From assembly GCA_903844775.1 (NCBI GenBank), contig CAIMUZ010000182.1, forward strand, positions 312 to 64,311: 64,000 nucleotides of DNA, in the 5' to 3' direction. Shown one piece after another: positions 9,852 to 18,541 of the stretch (position 1 is the stretch's first letter; every line of letters begins with the position of its first letter). The stretch is from an uncultured Burkholderiales bacterium. Lineage in GTDB: Bacteria; Pseudomonadota; Gammaproteobacteria; Burkholderiales; Burkholderiaceae_C. Under the pieces are notes generated by a model. The model worked only from the letters and a program-made list of their open reading frames with translations. It was not told the origin of the DNA and did not search any database. Both the position numbers and the translations under genes were made by a program.

Positions 9852-11027
9852 TTAGAGAACTTCAAAAATACCGCAAGCACCCATACCGCCACCAATGCAC
9901 ATAGTGACTGCAACGCGTTTTGCGCCGCGCCGCTTGCCCTCAATCAAAGCATGGCCCGTCAGACGTTGGCCACTCACACCGTAAGGATGTCCTACGGCAA
10001 TAGCACCACCATTGACATTCAAGCGATCGGGTGGAATGCCCAAGGTGTCACGACAATACAAGACTTGAACAGCAAAGGCTTCGTTGAGCTCCCACAAATC
10101 AATGTCTGACACTTTCAAGCCCAGCCGCGCCAAAACTTTGGGCACGGCAAAGACAGGGCCAATGCCCATTTCATCGGGTTCGCAACCTGCAACTGCAAAA
10201 CCCAAGAATCGACCCAGTGGTTTCAATCCACGCTGCTCTGCCAATTTTTCATCCATGACCACGCAAGCGCCTGCGCCGTCGGAGAACTGGCTTGCATTGC
10301 CAGCAGAGATCAAGCCGTTAGGTAAGGCAGAACGCAAACCAGAAATGGCCTCCACGGTGGTTCCTTCGCGCAGGCCTTCATCTTTGCTGACGGTCACTTG
10401 CTTGGTCATCAGTCCCATGACCTTGTCGATGACGCCAGCAGAGACCGTGATGGGTGCTATTTCTGCATCAAACAAACCTGCGGTTTGCGCAGCACAGGCT
10501 TTTTGCTGACTTGCAGCACCATATTCGTCCATGCGATCACGGCCAATTTTGTAGCGTTTGGCCACTTGCTCGGCAGTTTGCAACATGCTCCAGTAAATTT
10601 CAGGCTTGATTTTGGCCAAGGCCAAATCTTGCAACATGTGTTGATTGATTTCTTGTTGAACACAAGAAATGCTCTCTACACCACCCGCCACATAAACTTG
10701 TCCTTCACCCGCGATGATGCGCTGGGCAGCCAGAGCAATGGTTTGCAAGCCAGAGGAACAAAACCGATTGACGGTAAGGCCTGACACTGAAATGGGCAAG
10801 CCTGCTTTCAATGCAATTTGACGTGCAATGTTGGCGCCTGTGGCACCTTCAGGCGTGGCGCAACCCATGATGACGTCTTCAACTTCACCAGCCTCTATGC
10901 CAGCGCGTTGAACCGCATGTTGAACGGCATGACCCCCTAAGGTGGCACCATGCGTCATGTTGAAAGCGCCTTTCCAGCTCTTGGCCAGAGGCGTGCGTGC
11001 GGTCGAAACAATGACGGCGTTTGACAT
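9852..11027 (-). CDS. Acetyl-CoA C-acyltransferase (thiolase)
   Basis: NRFCSSG, NEAFA, GHPYG and MCIGGGMG thiolase motifs. Confidence 0.95.
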   Translation of the reverse strand: MSNAVIVSTARTPLAKSWKGAFNMTHGATLGGHAVQHAVQRAGIEAGEVEDVIMGCATPEGATGANIARQIALKAGLPISVSGLTVNRFCSSGLQTIALAAQRIIAGEGQVYVAGGVESISCVQQEINQHMLQDLALAKIKPEIYWSMLQTAEQVAKRYKIGRDRMDEYGAASQQKACAAQTAGLFDAEIAPITVSAGVIDKVMGLMTKQVTVSKDEGLREGTTVEAISGLRSALPNGLISAGNASQFSDGAGACVVMDEKLAEQRGLKPLGRFLGFAVAGCEPDEMGIGPVFAVPKVLARLGLKVSDIDLWELNEAFAVQVLYCRDTLGIPPDRLNVNGGAIAVGHPYGVSGQRLTGHALIEGKRRGAKRVAVTMCIGGGMGACGIFEVL

Positions 11028-11042
11028 ATTGAATACCTCTGA

Positions 11043-13154
11043 TCAGTTGAAAGTTTTGCCTTCGGCCACCAAACGGGCCAAAAGCGGTGCAGGTTGCCAG
11101 AAGGCGGCATCGTCATGCGGATTTTTTGCAAAGCGTTTCATGGCTTCAGCCACATTGAACAAGCCCACTTGGTCAGCATAAAGCATGGGGCCGCCACGGA
11201 AGATGGGGAAACCATAGCCTGTGAGATAAACCATGTCGATGTCGCTGGCCTTGCCTGCAATACCTTCTTCCAAAATGTGTGCAGCCTCATTGATGAGTGA
11301 ATAGACCAAGCGTTGAACAATTTCTTCATCAGAAATTTTGCGAGGCGTGATACCTTCAGCCGTACGGTGCTTTTCGATCATCTCGACCACCAAAGCACTT
11401 GGAATGGCATCACGTTTACCGGCTTGATAGTCGTACCAACCGGCACTCGTTTTTTGACCATAGCGCCCCATTTCGCACAACAGGTCTGCCGTCTTACTGT
11501 ATTTCAAACCGGGGCGCTCAACGCTGCGGCGTTTGCGAATGGCCCAGCCAATGTCGTTGCCCGCCAAGTCACCCATTCGAAATGGCCCCATGGCAAAACC
11601 GAATTTCTCAACAGCTTTGTCTACTTGAGCAGGCGTGCAACCTTCTTCGATGAGGAAGCCTGCTTGGCGGCTGTATTGCTCAATCATGCGATTGCCAATA
11701 AAACCGTCACACACGCCGGACACCACTGAAGTTTTCTTGATCTTTTTGCCCAATGCCATCACGGTGGCCAAAACGTCTTTGCCGGTTTTGGCACCACGCA
11801 CCACTTCCAACAATTTCATCACATTGGCAGGACTGAAAAAGTGCATTCCCACCACGTCTTCAGGACGCTTGGTGAACGATGCAATCTTGTTGACATCCAA
11901 GGTAGAAGTGTTGGAGGCCAAAATAGCACCTGGCTTCATCACTTCATCAAGTTTCTTGAAAACAGCCTCTTTGACGCCCATTTCTTCAAACACCGCTTCA
12001 ATCACGAGATCAGCGGTACCAATGTCGTCATAGCTTAAGGTGGTGCTGAGCAACGCCATGCGCTGCTCATATTTGTCTTGCTTAAGTTTGCCTTTTTTAA
12101 TTTGCGATTCGTAATTCTTGCGAATGGTCGCAACACCGCGGTCTAAGGCCTCTTGCTTCATCTCAAGCATCTTGGCTGGAATGCCCGCATTCAAGAAGTT
12201 CATAGAGATACCACCGCCCATGGTGCCAGCACCAATGACAGCTACAGAAGCAATGTTGCGTTTAGGCGTGTCTTCTGGCACATCAGCAATCTTGGAGGCT
12301 GCGCGATCGGCCATGAAAATGTGTCTCAAGGAACGGCACTCTGGGGTCCACATGAGGTTGGTGAAAATCTCTCGTTCAAAGGCCATGCCATCTTCAAATT
12401 TTTTCTGGGTGGCGGCTTCAACTGCATCCACACACTTGGGGGGGGCCGGAAAGTTTTTGGCCATGCCCTTCACCATGTTGCGTGCAAATTGGAAATAAGC
12501 ATCGCCTTGAGGGTGTTTGCACGGCAAATTGCGAACCAAGGGCAATGCTGCGCCATCGGCATGCTGTGCGGCCAATTCTTTGGCATACGCCAATGCTTCT
12601 GCTGCCAACGATTCAGCTGAAGTCGCCATCCGATCAAACAATTTTTGCCCAGGCAACATGGCAAGCATTTCGCTGTTAATTGCCTCACCGCTGACAATCA
12701 TGTTGAGTGCGGGCTCGACGCCAATGACACGGGGCAAACGCTGTGTTCCGCCTGCACCTGGGATCAAGCCCAGTTTGACTTCAGGCAACGCAACCTTGCA
12801 ACCAGGTGCCGCAATACGGTAATGACAGCCCAATGCCAACTCTAATCCGCCACCCATTGCAACTGAATGCAGAGCAGCCAGGACTGGCTTAGAGGAGTTT
12901 TCGCAAGCCTTGATAACGCTTAAAAGGTTGGGTTCTTGGACCGCCTTAGGTGAACCAAATTCACGGATGTCTGCACCCCCGGAGAAGGCTTTGCCGCCCC
13001 CCGTGATGACAATGGATGTCACTGCGGCATCGGCATTGGCTTGGGTCAACCCATCGGTGATACCAAGACGTGTGGACAAACCTAAACCGTTGACCGGTGG
13101 ATTTGACAAGGTGATCACGGCCACATCGCCAATAACTTTGTATTCAGCTGTCAT
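11043..13154 (-). CDS. Bifunctional enoyl-CoA hydratase / 3-hydroxyacyl-CoA dehydrogenase (FadB/FadJ-like)
   Basis: Crotonase motifs GGGLELALGC and PEVKLGLIPGAGGTQRLPR, then VIGAGTMGGG, SNTSTL and GMHFFSPA. Start at MTAEYK. Confidence 0.93.
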   Translation of the reverse strand: MTAEYKVIGDVAVITLSNPPVNGLGLSTRLGITDGLTQANADAAVTSIVITGGGKAFSGGADIREFGSPKAVQEPNLLSVIKACENSSKPVLAALHSVAMGGGLELALGCHYRIAAPGCKVALPEVKLGLIPGAGGTQRLPRVIGVEPALNMIVSGEAINSEMLAMLPGQKLFDRMATSAESLAAEALAYAKELAAQHADGAALPLVRNLPCKHPQGDAYFQFARNMVKGMAKNFPAPPKCVDAVEAATQKKFEDGMAFEREIFTNLMWTPECRSLRHIFMADRAASKIADVPEDTPKRNIASVAVIGAGTMGGGISMNFLNAGIPAKMLEMKQEALDRGVATIRKNYESQIKKGKLKQDKYEQRMALLSTTLSYDDIGTADLVIEAVFEEMGVKEAVFKKLDEVMKPGAILASNTSTLDVNKIASFTKRPEDVVGMHFFSPANVMKLLEVVRGAKTGKDVLATVMALGKKIKKTSVVSGVCDGFIGNRMIEQYSRQAGFLIEEGCTPAQVDKAVEKFGFAMGPFRMGDLAGNDIGWAIRKRRSVERPGLKYSKTADLLCEMGRYGQKTSAGWYDYQAGKRDAIPSALVVEMIEKHRTAEGITPRKISDEEIVQRLVYSLINEAAHILEEGIAGKASDIDMVYLTGYGFPIFRGGPMLYADQVGLFNVAEAMKRFAKNPHDDAAFWQPAPLLARLVAEGKTFN

Positions 13155-13186
13155 GCTGGTTTTCCTCAAATGGTGGGGAGAATCGC

Positions 13187-13210
13187 AAAATAGAACGGGC
13201 GTTCTATTTT
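13187..13210. promoter_or_regulatory. Perfect palindromic operator AAAATAGAACG-GG-CGTTCTATTTT (FadP/TetR-like)
   Basis: 11-bp perfect inverted repeat with a 2-bp spacer. It lies just downstream of a minus-strand TAGAAT -10 box (13221-13216), upstream of the beta-oxidation operon. Confidence 0.7.
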
Positions 13211-13292
13211 CATTGATTCTAGGGGGTTTCTGAATGCGTGTGAAGCTTGAATGTCGCTGAAGAGACGATTAAATGCAGCCATGCGCTTCCAT

Positions 13293-13988
13293 TTAAACTT
13301 CCAACCACTCCTTACGGATGTAGTCGTTTTGATTCAATTCTGAGGGTGTACCCTCAAAAACAATGCTGCCATGACCCATGACCAAGGCTCGGTCTGATAT
13401 TTTCATGGCAATCGTTAACTTTTGTTCAATCAGTAAAACTGAGATGCCGTTGTCTTTGAGCTTCTTTAGATACTCGCCCACCAGTTCAACAATTTTTGGG
13501 GCCAAACCCTCAGTAGGTTCGTCAATGATGATGAGGTCCGGATCGCCCATGAGCGTTCGGCAGAGGGTGAGCATTTGTTGTTCGCCACCAGATAAAACAC
13601 CCGCTTCAGTATGTTGACGTTCCTGCAACCTGGGAAACATTTGATACATGTCGCTAAACGACCATCGGCTGCCCACGCCGTCGCCTTTTTGGCCCAACAT
13701 CAAGTTTTGATGAACCGTGAGCTTAGGGAAAATATCCCTGTTTTCAGGGACGTAGCCCAAACCCAAGTGTGCAATTTCAAATGGCTTTTTGCCAACAATG
13801 GCTTGGCCATTCCAATCGATTTGCCCTTGACAATCCACCATACCCATGATGGCCTTGGCGGTGGTCGAGCGACCTGAGCCGTTGCGGCCTAAGAGCGCCA
13901 CAATTTCGCCCGGTTGAACATTGAAACTCACACCATGCAGAACATGGCTTTTGCCGTAGTAGGCATGAAGGTTGTCAATGTGAAGCAT
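13293..13988 (-). CDS. LIV-type ABC transporter ATP-binding protein (LivF-like)
   Basis: GRNGSGRS Walker A-like motif, LSGGEQQM and DEPTEGLAP. Start at MLHIDNL (13988); alternative start at 14012. Confidence 0.9.
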   Translation of the reverse strand: MLHIDNLHAYYGKSHVLHGVSFNVQPGEIVALLGRNGSGRSTTAKAIMGMVDCQGQIDWNGQAIVGKKPFEIAHLGLGYVPENRDIFPKLTVHQNLMLGQKGDGVGSRWSFSDMYQMFPRLQERQHTEAGVLSGGEQQMLTLCRTLMGDPDLIIIDEPTEGLAPKIVELVGEYLKKLKDNGISVLLIEQKLTIAMKISDRALVMGHGSIVFEGTPSELNQNDYIRKEWLEV

Positions 13989-13989
13989 C

Positions 13990-14760
13990 TCAGTGACCTC
14001 CTGCTTGCTCATCTGCTGGATGCGAGCCTAAATAGGCCTCTTGAACACGTGCATTCGCGCGAACAGCCTCGGGTGTGTCAAAGGCAATCACTTCGCCATA
14101 GACAACCACCGCAATCTTGTCCGCCAAACCAAACACAACGCCCATATCATGTTCGACGGTTAATAAGGTTTTACCGACCGTCACTTGCTTGATCAAATTG
14201 ATAAAGCGACTTGTTTCACTTTTGCTCATGCCTGCTGTGGGTTCATCCAGCAAAATAACTTCCGCGCCACCCGCAATGGTGATGCCGATTTCCAAAGCAC
14301 GTTGCTCTGCATAGGTGAGGTTCATGGCCAATACATCGCGCTTTTTATCAAGGCGAATCATTTCCATGTATTTCTCCGCAAGTTCGTTAGCATCTTTCAG
14401 TCCAGAGAGAAACTTTAAAAATGTGTATTTGTAACCAAGGCTCCAAAGCACAGCACATCGTACGTTTTCAAAAACGCTGAGCTTTGGAAAAATATTGGTA
14501 ATTTGAAAACTTCGCGACAGTCCCATCCGATTAATTTCGTAAGGCGCCTTATGGTCAATGCGTTGGCCCTTTAGCAAAATTTCTCCACTGGTGGGTCCGA
14601 AACGGCCACTGATCAAATTAAACAAGGTCGATTTGCCGGCACCATTGGGGCCAATAATACCGATACGCTCGCCAGCATTCACTGCCAAATTGGCACCGCG
14701 AATAATTTCAGTCTTGCCGAAATTTTTTCGCAAATCAATGAGTTCGAGTGCATAGGCCAT
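13990..14760 (-). CDS. LIV-type ABC transporter ATP-binding protein (LivG-like)
   Basis: GPNGAGKST, LLDEPTAGM, VEHDM and VQEAYLG motifs. Confidence 0.92.
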   Translation of the reverse strand: MAYALELIDLRKNFGKTEIIRGANLAVNAGERIGIIGPNGAGKSTLFNLISGRFGPTSGEILLKGQRIDHKAPYEINRMGLSRSFQITNIFPKLSVFENVRCAVLWSLGYKYTFLKFLSGLKDANELAEKYMEMIRLDKKRDVLAMNLTYAEQRALEIGITIAGGAEVILLDEPTAGMSKSETSRFINLIKQVTVGKTLLTVEHDMGVVFGLADKIAVVVYGEVIAFDTPEAVRANARVQEAYLGSHPADEQAGGH

Positions 14761-16046
14761 TACGCTGCCTCCCGACGTTTAATTTCTTTTTCAATTTCAA
14801 TTTGAATGTCACTCCACTCCACCAAAAAATGACGCCTGGCCACTTCAAACAAGCCCAAACCAGTGAGCATGACAAAGACAGAACCAAACCAGCTGTCAAC
14901 ACCCTTTGCATTCAAAGTAATGCCCATGAATTTCAAATAATCACCCAAGGCGGAATTGAGTTGCAAGTGATAGACCATTTCAATCATGGCGCCGGCCCCA
15001 ATCAACGCAACCATTGCCGTGAGAAAGAGGCCTAAATAACTGACCCAGATTTGTTTGAGTTTGCCAAATGAAGCGGCCCTCAAATTCATCATGATCAAAC
15101 TGGCGATGCCACCGGGTGCGTACATCACCATAAACAAGAACAGAAGCCCTAAATAAAGCAACCACGCCTTGGTGAACTCTGACAACAGGACAAAGGCTAA
15201 AACCATCAAAATCCCGCCAATGATGGGGCCAAAGAAGAATGTGGCTCCGCCGAGGAATGTGAACAACAAATAGCCGCCAGAGCGGCCTGTACCCACCACT
15301 TCAGCCGTGACAATTTCAAAGTTAAGCGCACCTAAACCGCCTGAAATGCCCGCAAAAAACCCGGCAATGATGAAAGCGAGATAACGAACACGTTGTGTGT
15401 TGTAGCCAATGAATTCAACACGTTCTGGATTGTCGCGAACCGCATTCAGAATCCGACCCAAAGGAGTTTGTGTAAAGGCATACATCAATGCAACACAGAC
15501 AAAGGTGTAGCAAGCGATCAAATAGTAAATTTGAACTTGAGGGCCAAATGTGATACCCCAGACACTGGCACCAGCGACTCGATTGCCGGAAATACCTGCT
15601 TCGCCGCCAAAGAACTCAGAGAACATCAAGGACATGGCAAAAACCAACTCAGCGACACCCAAGGTGATCATGGCAAAAGGCGTCCCAGATTTTTTAGTGG
15701 TGACGTAACCCAATAGAACCGCAAAGCCCATCCCTGCTACACCACCCACCAAGGGCAGTAAGCTCACCGGTATGGAGGATTGCCCTGCCGTCACAGCGTT
15801 CAAGGCATGGATGGCAACAAAAGAACCCAGTCCAGTGTAAACCGCATGACCAAAGCTCAACATGCCACCCTGCCCGAGCAAAATGTTGTAGGACAAACAA
15901 GCAATGATGGCAATGCCCATTTGTGCCAACATGGTGCCCGACAAATTGCTGGTGAATACCAAGGGCGCAAAAATCAAGACGATGGCGAACAATGACCAAA
16001 TGATCCATCGGCCAACGTTGTAGGGTTTGAATTTGTAACTGGCCAT
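14760..16046 (-). CDS. LIV-type ABC transporter permease (LivM-like)
   Basis: GQGGMLSFGHA, FGGEAGI and AVRDNPER motifs with many hydrophobic segments. Confidence 0.9.
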   Translation of the reverse strand: MASYKFKPYNVGRWIIWSLFAIVLIFAPLVFTSNLSGTMLAQMGIAIIACLSYNILLGQGGMLSFGHAVYTGLGSFVAIHALNAVTAGQSSIPVSLLPLVGGVAGMGFAVLLGYVTTKKSGTPFAMITLGVAELVFAMSLMFSEFFGGEAGISGNRVAGASVWGITFGPQVQIYYLIACYTFVCVALMYAFTQTPLGRILNAVRDNPERVEFIGYNTQRVRYLAFIIAGFFAGISGGLGALNFEIVTAEVVGTGRSGGYLLFTFLGGATFFFGPIIGGILMVLAFVLLSEFTKAWLLYLGLLFLFMVMYAPGGIASLIMMNLRAASFGKLKQIWVSYLGLFLTAMVALIGAGAMIEMVYHLQLNSALGDYLKFMGITLNAKGVDSWFGSVFVMLTGLGLFEVARRHFLVEWSDIQIEIEKEIKRREAA

Positions 16047-16050
16047 GATT

Positions 16051-17085
16051 TCAACCCTCCCTTGTGCCCAAGAGTCCCTTGGGTCTGAAAATCAAGATGA
16101 GGACCAAAAACACATAAGGAAGAATGGGTGCGACTTGTGAAATTGTGAGCTTCAAAAAGGAGTTGTTGCGTGCAGCATCTGACAACCCAACGCCCATGCT
16201 TTGCGCCACACTCACAAAAGAGTAGTCAAAGGCAATGGCAAAGGTTTGAATGACGCCAATCAACAGGGATGCTAAGAAAGCGCCGGACAGGGAGCCCATT
16301 CCACCCACGACCACCACCACAAAAATAACCGAGCCCACGGTGGCACCCATGGCGGGCTCAGTCACAAACGTGCTGCCACCAATCACACCCGCCAAACCTG
16401 CTAAGCCCGTCCCTGCGCCAAACACCAGCATGAAGACTCGGGGCACGTTGTGTCCCAAAGACTCCACCGCTTCAGGATGCGTGAGTGCCGCTTGAATCAC
16501 CAATCCGATGCGCGTCTTGGTGAGTAATAACCACAGCGAGACAAGCATCAAGAGCGCCACGATCATCATGAAACCACGTGTGGCAGGAAACGGGGTGCAA
16601 ATTAAACGGATGGCAGCATCGGCTGTTTGACACATCTCTGCGGGCGCAGCACCCCAAACGAAAGTCATACCGGTCAAAGAATGATTAACCAAGGTAAACG
16701 CAGCACCCTTGAGTAAATCGGGTGGTACGAACTCAACGGCCGTACGCCCCCAGATGAGTTGAACCAACTCGTAAACAATGTAAGAAAGTCCGAAGGTGAC
16801 CAATAACTCGGGGACATGCCCAAATTTATGAACTTTACGAAGTGTGAGCCGTTCGAAAATAACACCACACGCACCGACCAAAATGGGCGCAATCAAGAGT
16901 GCGGGCCAAAAACCAATGACGCTATTGAGACTGTAGCCAAAGTAGGCGCCGATCATGTAAAACGAAGCGTGCGCAAAATTCAAAACGCCCATCATGCTGA
17001 AAATCAATGTCAGACCTGAGCTGAGCATGAATAACAGCAAACCATAACACATGCCATTGAGCATGGAAATGATTAAAAACTCCAT
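16051..17085 (-). CDS. LIV-type ABC transporter permease (LivH-like)
   Basis: SGLTLIFSMMGVLNFAH, GGMGSLSGA and RPKGLLG motifs. Confidence 0.9.
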   Translation of the reverse strand: MEFLIISMLNGMCYGLLLFMLSSGLTLIFSMMGVLNFAHASFYMIGAYFGYSLNSVIGFWPALLIAPILVGACGVIFERLTLRKVHKFGHVPELLVTFGLSYIVYELVQLIWGRTAVEFVPPDLLKGAAFTLVNHSLTGMTFVWGAAPAEMCQTADAAIRLICTPFPATRGFMMIVALLMLVSLWLLLTKTRIGLVIQAALTHPEAVESLGHNVPRVFMLVFGAGTGLAGLAGVIGGSTFVTEPAMGATVGSVIFVVVVVGGMGSLSGAFLASLLIGVIQTFAIAFDYSFVSVAQSMGVGLSDAARNNSFLKLTISQVAPILPYVFLVLILIFRPKGLLGTREG

Positions 17086-17121
17086 AAACCAACCTTCCGA
17101 AAGTCACAAGTGGTCAATCAC

Positions 17122-17158
17122 AAAAAAAAGGGCCCGATCCCATTTGGCGCGGGCCCTT
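17122..17158 (-). terminator. Intrinsic terminator/attenuator after the substrate-binding protein gene
   Basis: Minus strand reads AAGGGCCCG...CGGGCCC followed by a run of 8 T. Confidence 0.7.
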
Positions 17159-17175
17159 CCTAGCATGAGTTGAAA

Positions 17176-18411
17176 TTAACCGGGGCGCTTCATCTGGCAG
17201 CTGGTGGGCGTGCTAGAAATGTAGGATGGAAATTCCTTCACTGGAACCAAGGTCATGCCTGTGTTTTCAACACTGTAGTTGTACTTCTTGTCGGTCTTGC
17301 TCCAAACAGTCAAGTACAAAGGTTGTTGCAACTGGTGATCTGTTTTACGCATCTGAATCTCACCGTTGAACACGCTCTTGCTGGAAATACCTTCCAGAGC
17401 GGCGGCTACTTTCAGGGGATCTGTCGATTTAGCTTTTGCCATCGCATCACCCAAGGTGGTAAAAATGTTGATGACTGACCCTGTGTAGAAGTCATCATTG
17501 AACTTGGCTTTGAACTCTTCTTGGTACTTGTCCATGAGCCCGCCCATTTTGTAATGGCCATACCCAATTTGGAACACACGGCCTTCACCGTTTTTACCCA
17601 ATGCTGTTGGTGTGCCTGTCACACCCGTGTAGTAAGTGTAAAAAGTACCTGTGTAGCCGCCTTCATTGGCTGCCTTCACAAGCAATGCCAAGTCGGAGCC
17701 CCAATTGCCAGTGACCACTGTGTCGGCACCGGAGGCTTTAATTTTCGCTACATAGGGTGCAAAGTCACGGACTTGCGCCAATGGGTGCAAATCTTCGCCC
17801 ACGATTTGGACATCGGGACGCTTACGGCTGATGCCTTCTTTAAAGAACCTTGCAACTTGATGACCGTGCGAATAATTTTGGTTCAACAAGAAAATTTTCT
17901 TGGTTTCAGGACGGTCCTTCATGAAGGTTGTGAGCGCTTCCATTTTCATGGAGGTATCTGCGTCGAAACGGAAGTGCCAATAGCTGCACTTGCTGTTGGT
18001 GAAGTCAGGATCAACGGCAGAATGATTCAAGAAAATAATTTCTTTTCCGGGGTTGCGTTCGTTGTGCTTGTTAACAGCCTCAATGAGGGCGCCCGCTACG
18101 CCAGAGCCATTACCTTGTGTGATGTAACGGATGCCCTGGTCAGTGGCTGCTTTTAAAACGTTCAAACTTTCTGCGGGACTGAGTTTGTTGTCGAATCCGA
18201 CCACTTCAAACTTCACGCCAGCAGGATTCGTAGCACTGTATTTTTCAGCAAAAAATTGAAAGCTTTTGAGTTGGTTATTTCCAACGGGTGCCATCAGGCC
18301 CGACAAAGGATCGATCCAAGCGATTTTAACGGTTTCACCCTTTTGAGCATGGGCTCCGAATGCGCTCATGGCCAATGCGGCGACTGCGATTGAACGAATT
18401 GCAAATTTCAT
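17176..18411 (-). CDS. LIV-type ABC transporter substrate-binding protein
   Basis: Signal peptide ending AHA, VKIAWIDPLSG and DFAPYVAKIKASGAD. Heads the permease/ATPase cluster. Confidence 0.9.
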   Translation of the reverse strand: MKFAIRSIAVAALAMSAFGAHAQKGETVKIAWIDPLSGLMAPVGNNQLKSFQFFAEKYSATNPAGVKFEVVGFDNKLSPAESLNVLKAATDQGIRYITQGNGSGVAGALIEAVNKHNERNPGKEIIFLNHSAVDPDFTNSKCSYWHFRFDADTSMKMEALTTFMKDRPETKKIFLLNQNYSHGHQVARFFKEGISRKRPDVQIVGEDLHPLAQVRDFAPYVAKIKASGADTVVTGNWGSDLALLVKAANEGGYTGTFYTYYTGVTGTPTALGKNGEGRVFQIGYGHYKMGGLMDKYQEEFKAKFNDDFYTGSVINIFTTLGDAMAKAKSTDPLKVAAALEGISSKSVFNGEIQMRKTDHQLQQPLYLTVWSKTDKKYNYSVENTGMTLVPVKEFPSYISSTPTSCQMKRPG

Positions 18412-18541
18412 ATTTGGGCTCCAACAGTTTTAGAAAAAATTAACGAACCTGAGCGTACCTGTTTTACGGGAGATTCCGGTCGGGGTTTGCCCTAGGCGAA
18501 TTGGGGCAAAACCTATCAACTTTAGAACACCTTGACTCGCA

